Assembly (NCBI GenBank): GCA_035477595.1
Contig: DATIKM010000038.1
Coordinates: forward strand, 7,050 to 71,049
Origin: Chthonomonadales bacterium
GTDB taxonomy: Bacteria; Armatimonadota; Chthonomonadetes; Chthonomonadales; CAJBBX01
Reading direction: 5' to 3'
DNA: 64,000 nucleotides
Under the pieces are notes generated by a model. It was not told the origin of the DNA. It made no database searches and worked only from the letters and a program-made list of their open reading frames with translations. This document shows, piece by piece, positions 8,885 through 18,723 of the stretch. Position 1 is the stretch's first letter. Each line of letters starts with the position of its first letter. Made by a program: the position numbers and the translations under genes.

Positions 8885-9331
8885 CTACGGAAGACGCGTG
8901 GCGGCGGCCGCAGACTCCATGCGCGAGCGCTCGAGCACCACCTTCCAGCCGTCCGGCTCGCGCTTCAGGGCGTAGACGTCCCTGAACCGGTCCTGCCCCG
9001 CCTCATAGAGCTCCTGGCCCAGTCTGCGCACTGCGACGTCCACCGTCGCCTCGGCCGTGTCACCCTCCTCCGTCACCTGGGTCACGGTGTAGCTGGCTAT
9101 GCGCGCGGACAGCCCGCGCGCGAACGGCAACTGGCGGTACCGGCTCAACGGATAGATGCTCTTGCTGGAGGAGGCGAGCCGCGCGTGCTGCTCCTCCACG
9201 TTGGCGCGGTTCACGTCCGCCAGAAAGCGCTGAATGGCGACTGCGGGCGACCGCCGGTACTCGACGAAGTACCAGTAGCCAGCCATGACTGCGCCGGCGA
9301 TGACGACGGCGAAGACCACGAACTCCCCCAT
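8885..9331 (-). CDS. TM-anchored NTF2-like (DUF4878-like) protein
   Basis: MGEFVVFAVVIAGAVMAGYWYF is the TM segment. It is followed by AIQRFLADVNRANVEE...ATVDVAVRR...ALKREPDGWKVV, the same architecture as the C-terminus of the 7746-8624 protein. The start is uncertain (alternatives at 9379, 9388 and 9442). Confidence 0.6.
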   Translation of the reverse strand: MGEFVVFAVVIAGAVMAGYWYFVEYRRSPAVAIQRFLADVNRANVEEQHARLASSSKSIYPLSRYRQLPFARGLSARIASYTVTQVTEEGDTAEATVDVAVRRLGQELYEAGQDRFRDVYALKREPDGWKVVLERSRMESAAAATRLP

Positions 9332-9535
9332 CCGCTCCCCGATACCGCGGCCCTCGCGGATCCGAGGTCTGCCCACCATCCTTGCCATCGCCGCCTGGCT
9401 CCTTCCCCACAGCCGTCGGTCGCCTCGAGGGCGCCCGAACACCGCTCCGACTAGCGTTGCACCGCTCCGGGCGGTGTGCTACTATTACGCAGCCGGGGGC
9501 CAGTTCCTGCAATCAGCGCGTCGTCGAGGCCGAGT

Positions 9536-10474
9536 ATGCCCATCCCGGTCGTTCTGGACACCGATATCGGAACCGACATCGACGACGCGTACGCGCTCGT
9601 GCTCGCCGCCACCTCGCCGGAGATCGACCTCCGCGCCGTCGTCACCGTGAACCACGATGTGGCCCTGCGCGCCTGCATCGCCCGCCGCTTGCTCGATCTA
9701 ATGGGCAGGCGCGACGTGCCGGTCCTCGCTGGCATCGGGACCGCGCGAACGCCCGGAGTCACGCTGGGTTGGATCGGTCACGAGGGCCGAGGCATAGACC
9801 TGTCCGATCCGCGCCTTCGTCAGGCCATCCAGAGCCGCCCGCTCACCGAGACGGTGGCCGAGGCCATCATGGAATGCAGCGGTGACAGCGGCCCCCTCGC
9901 CCTGGTCCCCGTCGGACCCCTGACGAATGTCGCCTCTCTGATCGACGGGCTGCCAGGGAGTGCAGTTTCGCGTGTCGGCCAGGTCGTCGCCATGGCCTCC
10001 AACTTCGCGGGCTACGGCGAGGGTCAGGCCAGTCGCGAGCACAACGTAGCCTGCGACCCGGACGCGTGCGAGGTCGTCCTCGAGGCGGGCCTGCCGCTCT
10101 CCATCGTCGGGCTCAATGTTACGCGGCGCACCGAGATGACCGCTGCCTTCGTCGACCGCCTCGCCACCATCGGCGGGTCGCTGGCTGACGCGCTGTGCGG
10201 TATGCACCGCATCTGGTTTGAGTTCGTGCGATCCGACCGCTCGGCGATGCACGACCCCCTCGCGGTCGCTGCGCTCATCGATCCAGCGCTGCTGCGCTTC
10301 GAGCGCGTGGTCGCCTGGATGCCGCCGGATCAGCGACTGAACGGCGCCATCGCGTACGACCGGCCCAAGCCCGGCGAGGAGACCTGGGTACGCGTAGCCA
10401 CGTCCCTCGACGCTGAGGCGTTCCACGCACTGCTGTATGACCGCGTAGAGCAGGCGGTCCGCAGGGCCGCCTGA
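9536..10474 (+). CDS. Nucleoside hydrolase (inosine/uridine-preferring, IUNH family)
   Basis: The N-terminal signature PVVLDTDIGTDIDDAYALVLA (DxDxxxDD Ca-binding motif) begins right after ATG 9536. The length of about 312 aa is typical. MHDPLAVAALIDP lies near the C-terminus. Confidence 0.85.
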   Translation: MPIPVVLDTDIGTDIDDAYALVLAATSPEIDLRAVVTVNHDVALRACIARRLLDLMGRRDVPVLAGIGTARTPGVTLGWIGHEGRGIDLSDPRLRQAIQSRPLTETVAEAIMECSGDSGPLALVPVGPLTNVASLIDGLPGSAVSRVGQVVAMASNFAGYGEGQASREHNVACDPDACEVVLEAGLPLSIVGLNVTRRTEMTAAFVDRLATIGGSLADALCGMHRIWFEFVRSDRSAMHDPLAVAALIDPALLRFERVVAWMPPDQRLNGAIAYDRPKPGEETWVRVATSLDAEAFHALLYDRVEQAVRRAA

Positions 10475-10631
10475 GACGCGAGGGCCGAGCGCTGGCGGAA
10501 GGTATGGCCGAGCGCCGCGGCGTAAAGGGACAGGGTCCGGCGGGCGGGTGCGCCCGCCGACCGGGCCGCCATTCTGGTGGAGGGCGCGCGGCCGCCAGCG
10601 TCGCCCGACGCGACCAAGGAGATCGGCATCC

Positions 10632-11492
10632 ATGTACGTGGGGATTCTGACGGCGCCGTTCGGCAAGGAGCCGCTCGAGCATGTGGCGGCCTTCGCTGGC
10701 GAGTACGGTTTTGGCGGCATGGAGGTGTCCGCGGGACCGGGCAGCAACCACATCGACCTTAGAAACTTCACGCAGGCCGACGCGGACCGCGTCAAGGACC
10801 TGATGGAGCGGCGCGCCCTTGTCATCTCGTCGCTGGCAGCTTACACCAACAACACCGACGCCGATCCCGCACGCCGGGCGGCGAGCAACGACATCGTGCG
10901 CAAGGCCATCGATGCAGCTTCCCTGCTCGGGGTCGACGTCGTCTGTACGCTGGCTGGCCATCCCGTCCCGGGCAAGACGAAGATGCAGACGATCGAGGAA
11001 GAGTGTCCCAAGGTCTTCCAACCGCTGGTCGAGTACGCCGAGCGCAAGCAGGTGAAGATTGCGCTGGAGAACTGGTACGCCACGAACATCCAGCACCTGG
11101 GGCACTGGGAGCGCCTCTTCCAGCTCGTCCCGAGCAAGAGCTTCGGCCTCAACTACGACCCGTCCCACCTGCTCTGGCAGGACATCGACTACGTCCATGC
11201 CGTGGAGCGCTTCGCGGACCGCATCTTCCACACGCACGCCAAAGACACCGCGATCAACGAGGCGAAGCGGCGCTGGGTCGGCAACCAGGACGGCGGCGGA
11301 TGGTGGCGCTATGTGGTCCCGGGCATGGGGCAGGTGAAGTGGGGCGAGTACCTGGCCGCGCTGCGGCAGAACGGCTACAGCGGCGTCCTGTCCATCGAGC
11401 ACGAGGACAGCGCGGTGGGCCGTGAAGAGGGCTTCCTCATGGGCAAGAAGTACCTCGAGCAGTTCTTCATCCCGTCGGTGTCCACCATCTGA
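10632..11492 (+). CDS. Sugar phosphate isomerase/epimerase (xylose isomerase-like TIM barrel)
   Basis: ATG 10632 follows AAGGAG. Family blocks are present: GFGGMEV, KIALENWYATN, LNYDPSHLLWQ, HAKD and LSIEHED. Length is about 286 aa. Confidence 0.8.
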   Translation: MYVGILTAPFGKEPLEHVAAFAGEYGFGGMEVSAGPGSNHIDLRNFTQADADRVKDLMERRALVISSLAAYTNNTDADPARRAASNDIVRKAIDAASLLGVDVVCTLAGHPVPGKTKMQTIEEECPKVFQPLVEYAERKQVKIALENWYATNIQHLGHWERLFQLVPSKSFGLNYDPSHLLWQDIDYVHAVERFADRIFHTHAKDTAINEAKRRWVGNQDGGGWWRYVVPGMGQVKWGEYLAALRQNGYSGVLSIEHEDSAVGREEGFLMGKKYLEQFFIPSVSTI

Positions 11493-11520
11493 CCGGAGAC
11501 CGGTCGGTGCCTGAGGGTTC

Positions 11521-11558
11521 GAGCGGGGCGCGGCTTCACTGTGGAGCGCGCCCCGCTC
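11521..11558. terminator. GC-rich stem-loop between convergent genes (candidate bidirectional terminator)
   Basis: A perfect 12-bp stem, GAGCGGGGCGCG (11521-11532) paired with CGCGCCCCGCTC (11547-11558), encloses a 14-nt loop. It sits about 30 nt after the stop at 11492 and about 40 nt after the minus-strand stop at 11597. There is no U-tract. Confidence 0.5.
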
Positions 11559-11596
11559 GCTCGTCACACCCGGCGCACAGCCCCTCGCGCGGCCAG

Positions 11597-13990
11597 CTAA
11601 CGTCCGCGCCCGCTCTGGCGCGCGGGGATCTGGCGCAGCCGCAACGGGTAGGCGCGGATCGTGTCCGGCGGCATCGTGCGAATCGCGATCGTCTGCCCTG
11701 CCGCCAGCAGACCTCGCTCCAGCTCCGCACCGGGCGCTAGGCGCAGCTCCGCCGTCACCGGCCGGTCCGCGCCGTTGAAGACCAGCAGCTCGTCGCCACG
11801 GAGCGCCACATAGAGGCCGTCTGGCACGCCGTCGGGCAGCGCGCACGCCGGCACGCCCGCGAATCCAGTTCGCAGCAGCGCCAGCATCGCACCAGCGCGC
11901 TCAGCGGCCTGCATTCCGTCCTCGGGTAGCGCCACCACGCGCCCTCGACCCAGAGCCAATGTGGACGCGGCCAGCCGCGCCCGGTCTATCCTCCACGCGC
12001 CCCAGCGCGGCTGCTCGAGCGCCGCGTTCCCGCCCTCGGCCTCGATGACGATCGCGCTCGGGAAGACGCACAGGTCGCGCGGGTCCGCCGCCAGGCGCAG
12101 GGGCGCCATCCGGAACTGCAGATGCAGCGCGCGCCCGCCCTGGAGCGCCGCCGCGGGCACCGCGAACGACCAGGTGTGCTCGTTGCCGGCGGCCCCCTCG
12201 ATGCGCCCCACCTCGCGCCCGTTAACCAGGACGGCGCCGCCCACCGGCACACCCCCGTGGATGCTCACCCGGTAGCGGAGCGCCGGATCGACCGTCACGC
12301 GTAGCCCCGCGTCCTGGCCGCCCCACCGCCGATCGCCCTCGGGGTGGCTCCAGGTTCCGGTCAGCTCGGGGCCCGCGGGCGGACGCCCCGGGTGGATCGT
12401 CCACCTCGCCGGCATCTCCAGCCGGGCGCTCGCCCAGCGCTGAGCCCTCGGCGCCAGCGGCCTGACCGCGCGGAACGCCGAGCGCTCCGGCTCCCAGGCA
12501 CGCAGCACCCGCTGCTCGGATGCTATCAGCACGCCGCCCCCGCGTACCCACGCAACCAGGGCTGCATAGGCGCGGGAGTCGAGCGCGCTGCATGGGCCCA
12601 ATACGATGTAGCGGTAGCGACCCAGCTTGCCGTCGCGTGCGAGGTTGTCGTCCACGATGTCGAAGTCGAGCAGGTCGCGCAGCCCCTCATAGCGACGGAG
12701 GCTCTCCGTGCTCATCTCCCGCTTGCAGAGCGCGTCGACGCGCGGGAAGAAGGCGGCCACATTCACGTAGGGCCGCTTGCGCACCAGATGCTCGCGCCCC
12801 CGGTTCCACGCCTCGGTGCGGCCTTCGGCAGGCGCGCTCGCCCCGAAGCTCGCGATCTGGCCCTCGTAGAAGTGGATGTGCTCGCAACCCGCGGCCGCCG
12901 CACCGAAGATGCGCGCGGTGATGCCGCGCACGTTCACCTCGCCCGCCGGCTCCAGCCCGTACGGCACGCCGTAGAGCTTCGCAGCGGTGGTGAGCTGGCG
13001 CGTGCCCATGAAGTTTGCGCCGTAGACGCTCCCCTCGTTCGTCAGCCGCAGGCCCACGCGGTACCGGGCGGCCGCGCGGACCTGCCCGGTGATGTCGAAC
13101 CCCAGCGGCACGCTGTCGACCCCGCCCACACAGAGGTAGAGAGGCAGCCCCGAGGGCGCGTGTCGCCGCGCGATGAGGAACCAGGTCTCGCACCACCGCG
13201 TCATCTCACCGCGGTACCATTCCGCCTGGTTGAGCCAGCGCGCGTCGCTCATGCTGCGCGAGGGCAGCTCGAAGCGCACCTCCGAGAAGCTCCGCAGTCG
13301 CTCCCCCCACGCCGAGTTCAGGCGCGCGACCGCCCCGAAGCGCACCTTCGCCCATGCTTGGAACGCGGCCACTGCCGGCTCCTCCGCGCACCAGAAGCCC
13401 TGGTGGTTGTGGTAGTGGCCGTTCCAGCCAACCGCGCCTGCCGGGAAGAGGCTCTCGCCAAAGTCGCCGCTCACTCCCAGGTTCACCGACTCGAGTGCAG
13501 GCGATCGCCCGTACCGCCCAAACAGCCCGGCAATGACGCGCTCGACGTGCCGCTCCAGTCCCGGCAGCCAGATGGAACGCACATCGCTGTCCTGGCCATG
13601 CTCCAGACAGCGGTGCGGCACGTCCTCGCCGGACTGGCGGAACCACGCCGGCGTCGCGTAGCTGGGGTTGAGCATCACCATGGGCTGCCACTTCAGGCCC
13701 GCCCGCCGGCAGATGCCGTCGAGCTTGTCGGTCTCGGTCCAGTCGAACGTGCCAGCCCGTGCGGGCTCGAGCACGCTCCAGGGGGTGTAGCTCTGGAAGG
13801 CATCAACCCCAAGCGAACGCGCGAACACGGCGCCGCGCTCCAGGGCCGCGACGTCGCCTATCGGCCACATCGCGTTCGTCACGCTTCCGATGAGCACCGT
13901 CAACCGGAGTGCCGTTCTCGGTGCGGGCGGGGCCTGCACGGACAGCCCCGCAGCGGCTGCCAGAACGCTGCGCCGCGTGATGCGTGGCAC
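11597..13990 (-). CDS. Tat-exported glycoside hydrolase, GH42-like TIM barrel with middle amidotransferase-like and C-terminal beta-sandwich regions
   Basis: GTG 13990 lies 7 nt after AAGGAGGG. The twin-arginine leader is MPRITRRSVLAAAAGL. YTPWSVLEPARAGTFDWTETDKL...GLKWQPMV resembles GH42/GH14-type barrels. YRYIVLGPCSALDSRAYAALVAWVRGGGVLI resembles the GH42 trimerisation/GATase-like domain. The family assignment is tentative. Confidence 0.65.
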   Translation of the reverse strand: MPRITRRSVLAAAAGLSVQAPPAPRTALRLTVLIGSVTNAMWPIGDVAALERGAVFARSLGVDAFQSYTPWSVLEPARAGTFDWTETDKLDGICRRAGLKWQPMVMLNPSYATPAWFRQSGEDVPHRCLEHGQDSDVRSIWLPGLERHVERVIAGLFGRYGRSPALESVNLGVSGDFGESLFPAGAVGWNGHYHNHQGFWCAEEPAVAAFQAWAKVRFGAVARLNSAWGERLRSFSEVRFELPSRSMSDARWLNQAEWYRGEMTRWCETWFLIARRHAPSGLPLYLCVGGVDSVPLGFDITGQVRAAARYRVGLRLTNEGSVYGANFMGTRQLTTAAKLYGVPYGLEPAGEVNVRGITARIFGAAAAGCEHIHFYEGQIASFGASAPAEGRTEAWNRGREHLVRKRPYVNVAAFFPRVDALCKREMSTESLRRYEGLRDLLDFDIVDDNLARDGKLGRYRYIVLGPCSALDSRAYAALVAWVRGGGVLIASEQRVLRAWEPERSAFRAVRPLAPRAQRWASARLEMPARWTIHPGRPPAGPELTGTWSHPEGDRRWGGQDAGLRVTVDPALRYRVSIHGGVPVGGAVLVNGREVGRIEGAAGNEHTWSFAVPAAALQGGRALHLQFRMAPLRLAADPRDLCVFPSAIVIEAEGGNAALEQPRWGAWRIDRARLAASTLALGRGRVVALPEDGMQAAERAGAMLALLRTGFAGVPACALPDGVPDGLYVALRGDELLVFNGADRPVTAELRLAPGAELERGLLAAGQTIAIRTMPPDTIRAYPLRLRQIPARQSGRGR

Positions 13991-14225
13991 TTGTTCGCCC
14001 TCCTTACCTCCAGCGCACGCGCGCCAGTGAGACGCACTGCGATTGGCCGCGCGGAGCCGCTATACCTCCCGCGCCCTGCAATGTTGGGACGCCGTTCCGA
14101 ACGTATCGCGCGCACACAGGGGAAGACGCGCCCGGCGGCGAATACATCGGTGTGCCGCATCGCCGAGCGAACGGGTGGCGCAGACGCTCGCGCGCGCCGG
14201 CGAGGCAGCCAGGAGGTGATGGCCC

Positions 14226-15452
14226 ATGAACGCACCCTCAACCGCGACGCTCGCCCGCCGCGCGCTGGACGCCGGCCAGGGCATCCTCCGCCTGGCCCCC
14301 AACTGGGTGCCGCGGTCCTTCTGTGTGCCGGGACGCCGCATCAAGCTGCATCCGGACGACTACTACGCCCTCGGCGCAGCACGAGGGGGCATCGACGAGC
14401 GCTGGTTCTCCTCCACGACGCCGGCCGACAACGGCCCCCTCACGGCGCCGAACGAGGGGCTGAGCCGCGTTGTCGACGCGGACGGCGGCGCCGGAAGTCT
14501 GCTGCTGCGCGACGCAGTCGAGGAGCTGCGCGGCGATCTGATCGGCGACCGCACCTGGAGCGCGCACGGCCGCTGGCCCATGTACTCCAAGTTCTTCGAT
14601 AACAAGGGGCCACTGCCGCACCACGTGCACCACCGGGACGAGCACGCCGCGCTGGTGGGCCAGCTGGGCAAACCGGAGGCCTACTACTTCCCGCCCCAGG
14701 TCAACAACTACGGCGCAGACTTCCCGTTCACGTTTTTCGGGCTGGAGCCCGGCACCACGCGCGACCAGGTGCGCGCGTGTCTGGTGAACTTCACGCGGGG
14801 TGACAACAAGCTCACCAACCTCTCCCGCGCCTACCGGCTAGAGCCCGGCACCGGATGGGACGTGCCCCCCGGCATCCTCCACGCGCCCGGCAGCCTCTGC
14901 ACCTACGAGCCGCAGCGCGCGTCCGACGTCTTCGCCATGTACCAGTCGCTCACGGGCGACGCGCTTGTCCCGGAGGAGCTGCTCTGGAAGGACACGCCTC
15001 CCGAGCGCAAGGGAGACTTTGACTACCTGGTCGAGGTGCTCGACTGGGAGGCCAACACGGACCCCGAGTTTGCCGCCCACCACTTCATGCGACCGAAGCC
15101 AGCGCGCCCGCAGGCCGAGATGGAGGCGGACGGCTACTCGGAGATGTGGGTCTGCTATCGCTCGCACGACTACAGCGCGAAGGAGCTGACGGTGCCGCCC
15201 GGACGCACGGCGGTCGTCCGCGATGGCGCCGCGTACGGGCTGATTGTGCTGCAGGGGCATGGCACGATGGGCGCTTGGGACATCGAGGCGCCCGCGCTGA
15301 TCCGCTACGGCCAGCTCACGAGCGACGAGTTCTTCGTAAGCGAGGCGGCTGCGCGGGCGGGCGTCCGCATCGCCAACCCGTCGCGAACCGATCCCATCGT
15401 CATGCTGAAGCACTTCGGACCGGACAACCCCGACCTGATCGTCGAGGCCTGA
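14226..15452 (+). CDS. Cupin-fold sugar isomerase-like protein (class I phosphomannose-isomerase-like)
   Basis: PMYSKFFDNKGPLPHHVHHRDEHAALVGQLGKPEAYYF matches the PMI block 'llKlld....LSvQVHPdd.yA...gKtE.wyi'. The later block PPGILHAPGSLCTYEPQRASDVF matches 'paGt.HA.g.g....EiQ..SD'. AGGAGG lies upstream. Confidence 0.6.
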   Translation: MNAPSTATLARRALDAGQGILRLAPNWVPRSFCVPGRRIKLHPDDYYALGAARGGIDERWFSSTTPADNGPLTAPNEGLSRVVDADGGAGSLLLRDAVEELRGDLIGDRTWSAHGRWPMYSKFFDNKGPLPHHVHHRDEHAALVGQLGKPEAYYFPPQVNNYGADFPFTFFGLEPGTTRDQVRACLVNFTRGDNKLTNLSRAYRLEPGTGWDVPPGILHAPGSLCTYEPQRASDVFAMYQSLTGDALVPEELLWKDTPPERKGDFDYLVEVLDWEANTDPEFAAHHFMRPKPARPQAEMEADGYSEMWVCYRSHDYSAKELTVPPGRTAVVRDGAAYGLIVLQGHGTMGAWDIEAPALIRYGQLTSDEFFVSEAAARAGVRIANPSRTDPIVMLKHFGPDNPDLIVEA

Positions 15453-15510
15453 CAGGGCCTCCGCTCAACGCGTGGACCGCGGCGCAAGTCCGCGGCGAGG
15501 AGGGAGTCAC

Positions 15511-16416
15511 ATGAAGGACATCTCGATCGGCTCGTGGGCCTACACCATAGGCCCTTACAAAGCGCAGCCCGTGCCGTGGGAGGAGGTCACAGGGAAGCTC
15601 GCCCAGCTTGGCTTCCAGGGCGTCGAGCTCGGCGGGTTCCCGCCGCACCCCAACCCCGACGACCTCCCCAGCAAGGACCAGAGGGACGAGGTGAAGGCCG
15701 GACTCGCTGCCAAGGGCCTCCGTTTCTCGGGCCTCGCCGCCAACCTCTGGGACCAGCACCTCGTCGACACCGACGACACATCCGACTACCTCGCCAGCTT
15801 CCGCAAGAACGTCGACTTCTGCGTAGACCTAGGCATTCGCGGCATCCGCGTCGACACCGTGCAGCCGCCCACCGCACTCGAGGGGGCGGACATGGACGCG
15901 GTGCGGCAGCGCGTCGTGCAGACCTGGAAGCGCTGTGCGCGCGAGGCGGCCGAAAAAGGCGTGTACGTGACGTGGGAGTTCGAGCCGGGGTTCGCGTTCA
16001 ACAAGCCGTCCGACATCCTGCGCATCGTGGAGGAGGTCGGCGACGACAACTTCGGCGTGCAGTACGACACCTGCCACGCCCACATGGTCGCGGCCGTCGG
16101 TGCGCGCCAGCCGGGTCAGCGCGAGACCCTCCCGGGCGGCGCCCTCGAGCTGGCGCAGCGGCTCCGGGGCCGGATCAACCACGTGCATCTGATCGACTCC
16201 GATGGCACCCTTCACGACGATGAGACCTCCACGCACGCGCCCTTTGGCGAAGGGGTGCTGGACTTCGACGCGCTCCTGCCGGAGCTGAACCGGAACCCGT
16301 TCCCGCACAACTGGTGGACCATTGACCTCTGCTTCTGGCCCGACGCGTGGAAGGTCACGGAGCAGTGCAAGCTCGCCGTCGATGCACTCAACGCCAGGCA
16401 CGGAGGCGCCCGGTGA
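15511..16416 (+). CDS. Sugar phosphate isomerase/epimerase (xylose isomerase-like TIM barrel)
   Basis: ATG 15511 follows GAGGAGGGAG. Family blocks are [32 protein letters not shown] and [11 protein letters not shown]. Its stop overlaps the next gene's GTG (GTGA). Confidence 0.8.
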   Translation: MKDISIGSWAYTIGPYKAQPVPWEEVTGKLAQLGFQGVELGGFPPHPNPDDLPSKDQRDEVKAGLAAKGLRFSGLAANLWDQHLVDTDDTSDYLASFRKNVDFCVDLGIRGIRVDTVQPPTALEGADMDAVRQRVVQTWKRCAREAAEKGVYVTWEFEPGFAFNKPSDILRIVEEVGDDNFGVQYDTCHAHMVAAVGARQPGQRETLPGGALELAQRLRGRINHVHLIDSDGTLHDDETSTHAPFGEGVLDFDALLPELNRNPFPHNWWTIDLCFWPDAWKVTEQCKLAVDALNARHGGAR

Positions 16417-17555
16417 AAGAGCTCAGGATCGGCTTGATCGGGTACGGCTTCATGGGCCGCGCCCACTCCAACGCCTACCGCAAGGTGAACCAGTTCTTCG
16501 AGCTGGGCTGGCGGCCGGTGATGAAGGCTGCCTGCGCTCGAAGCGAGGAGACCATTAGCGCATTCGCTGCTAACTGGGGCTGGGAGAGCGTGGAGACCGA
16601 CTGGCGCCGGCTCGTCGAGCGCGATGACATCGACGCCATCGACATCTGCAGCCCGAACGTGACCCACCGCGACATAGCGATCGCCGCGGCACAGGCCGGG
16701 AAGATGGTGCTCTGCGAGAAGCCCCTGGCGATGAACGCCGCGCAGGGACGCGAGATGGTGGACGCCGTCGAGAAGGCGGGCGTCGCCAACATGGTGTGGT
16801 TCAACTACCGCCGCGTTCCGGCCATCGCGCTCGCCCGACACCTCGTCGAGGAAGGTCGGCTCGGCCGCGTCTTCCACTACCGCGCCAAGTACCTGCAGGA
16901 CTGGACCATCAGCGCGAAGGTGCCGCAGGGCGGGCAGACGCTGTGGCGCCTCGACATCGACGCGGCAGGCAGTGGAGTCACGGGCGATCTGCTGGCGCAC
17001 TCCATCGACACCGCCATCTGGCTCAACGGACCCGTCGCCTCCGTCTCCGCCATGACGGAGACCTTCGTCAAGGAGCGCGAGGTGCAGGGGCAGCCCGGCG
17101 TGTTGAAGCCCGTCGGCATCGACGATGCGTGCGCGTTCCTGGTGCGCTTCGCGAACGGCTCCATCGGCACCTTCGAATCGACCCGCTACGCGCGCGGCCG
17201 CAAGAACCAGAACACCTTCGAAGTCAACGGTGAGCACGGGTCCATCGCCTTTGACCTCGAGAACGCCCACCGCCTCCAGTACTTCGACCACCGCGACGAC
17301 AGCCACGTGCACGGCTGGAGAGATGTCCTGGTGACGGACTTCGAGCACCCCTACATGGACCGGTGGTGGGTGCCCGGTTGCGTGATCGGCTACGAGCACA
17401 CGTTCATCAACGCACTGGCGGACTTCCTCAAGGGACTGGAGACCGGCACACCCGCGCAGCCGGACTTCCGCTGCGCGCAGGAGACCCAGCGCGTGTGCGA
17501 CGCCGTCCTCGAGTCGGCCCGCGCCGGGCGCTGGGTGGACGTACCCACCGCGTGA
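16413..17555 (+). CDS. Gfo/Idh/MocA family oxidoreductase (cytoplasmic, no signal peptide)
   Basis: GTG 16413 overlaps the upstream stop. The Rossmann N-terminus is [19 protein letters not shown]. Other family blocks are [29 protein letters not shown] and the C-terminal alpha/beta domain. Confidence 0.85.
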   Translation: MKELRIGLIGYGFMGRAHSNAYRKVNQFFELGWRPVMKAACARSEETISAFAANWGWESVETDWRRLVERDDIDAIDICSPNVTHRDIAIAAAQAGKMVLCEKPLAMNAAQGREMVDAVEKAGVANMVWFNYRRVPAIALARHLVEEGRLGRVFHYRAKYLQDWTISAKVPQGGQTLWRLDIDAAGSGVTGDLLAHSIDTAIWLNGPVASVSAMTETFVKEREVQGQPGVLKPVGIDDACAFLVRFANGSIGTFESTRYARGRKNQNTFEVNGEHGSIAFDLENAHRLQYFDHRDDSHVHGWRDVLVTDFEHPYMDRWWVPGCVIGYEHTFINALADFLKGLETGTPAQPDFRCAQETQRVCDAVLESARAGRWVDVPTA

Positions 17556-17581
17556 CGCGGAGGCCCGAAGGGAGCCAGCGT

Positions 17582-18427
17582 ATGAAGGTCGGCATGAACC
17601 TGCTGCTCTGGACGGCAGCCGCCTCAGAGGAGCACCTCAAGCTCATCGGGGATATCCGCGCCTGGGGGTACGACAGCGTCGAGTTCCCGATGTTTGCGGC
17701 CGACGCTTCGCCATGGTCGCGACTTGCCCGCGCCCTCGACGACCTGGGCTTGCACCGGACCGCCGTTACCGTGGTGCAGCCGGAGGCCAACCCAATCTCC
17801 AGCGATGCGGCGGTCCGGCGTGCGGGCGTGGATCACCTCAAACGGTGTATCGACTCCTGCGCCGCCCTCGGCGCGGACGGGCTCAGCGGACCGATCTACT
17901 CGCCCTGCGGCGCTCTGACGGGCCGCGGGCGGACCGACGACGAGTGGCAGTGGGGCGTAGAGGCCGTGCGCGAGGCCGCAGCCCACGCCGCTCCGGCTGG
18001 CGTCGTGCTCGGAGTGGAGCCGCTGAACCGCTTCGAGACCTACTTCCTGAACTGCCAGGACGACGCCGCCCGCTTCGTGCGTGAGGTGGGCCACCCGTCT
18101 GTGGGCATCCTCTTCGACACCTTCCACGCCAACATCGAGGAGAAGGACCCGGTGGCGGCGATCGAGCGGACAGGTCCACTCATCACCCAGTTCCACGTTT
18201 CCGAGAACGACCGGAGCACCCCCGGCGAGGGGCACGTGCCGTGGCCCGCCACGTTCGCCGCCCTCAAGCGCGTCGGGTACGACGGCACGCTCACTGTGGA
18301 GGCGTTCGGCCGTGCGTTGCCCGAGATCGCGGCCGCGACATGCATCTGGCGGGAGACCTTCGCGAGCGAGACGCACCTTGCCCGGAGCGCCTGCCGCTTC
18401 ATCCGCGAGTCTTGGGCGTCAGCGTGA
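17582..18427 (+). CDS. Sugar phosphate isomerase/epimerase (xylose isomerase-like TIM barrel)
   Basis: ATG 17582 follows GAAGGGAG. Family blocks are GYDSVEFPM, VLGVEPLNRFETYF, ILFDTFHANIEE, FHVSENDR and TVEAF. Confidence 0.8.
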   Translation: MKVGMNLLLWTAAASEEHLKLIGDIRAWGYDSVEFPMFAADASPWSRLARALDDLGLHRTAVTVVQPEANPISSDAAVRRAGVDHLKRCIDSCAALGADGLSGPIYSPCGALTGRGRTDDEWQWGVEAVREAAAHAAPAGVVLGVEPLNRFETYFLNCQDDAARFVREVGHPSVGILFDTFHANIEEKDPVAAIERTGPLITQFHVSENDRSTPGEGHVPWPATFAALKRVGYDGTLTVEAFGRALPEIAAATCIWRETFASETHLARSACRFIRESWASA

Positions 18428-18723
18428 GCCGAACTGCGCGCGAGCGAGGGGGAGGGTTCCAGATACCAGGAGCCGCCCTCCTCGCCTGCGTGCTGCCGGC
18501 GCGAAAACCGAGTGCGCTCGATGGTCGCGGATCGTTAACAAGCATGCGGCGCGAGGCTGCGTGGTCGTGCCCGACCTGTTCGCTTGCCGGTCGCACCTCG
18601 CTGCCGCCGAACGGGGAGGTACGCCCGTAGGCGTGCTCCGATTGGCGCTGGCGGCGCGAGCTCGCGCGGCCCGCTGACAACAGCAATGGCGTGGACGCAC
18701 CCAAAGGCATGAGGAGGCATCCC

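Noticed and set aside
11511-11560. tRNA-like GGTTCGAGC motif
   Set aside because: No cloverleaf can be built, because there are no acceptor, D or anticodon arms. The sequence is simply the 5' flank of a 12-bp terminator-like hairpin.
12344-14602. 752-aa plus-strand ORF
   Set aside because: It is antisense to the Tat-signal GH42-like gene and runs out of frame into the cupin gene. Its composition is shadow-like.
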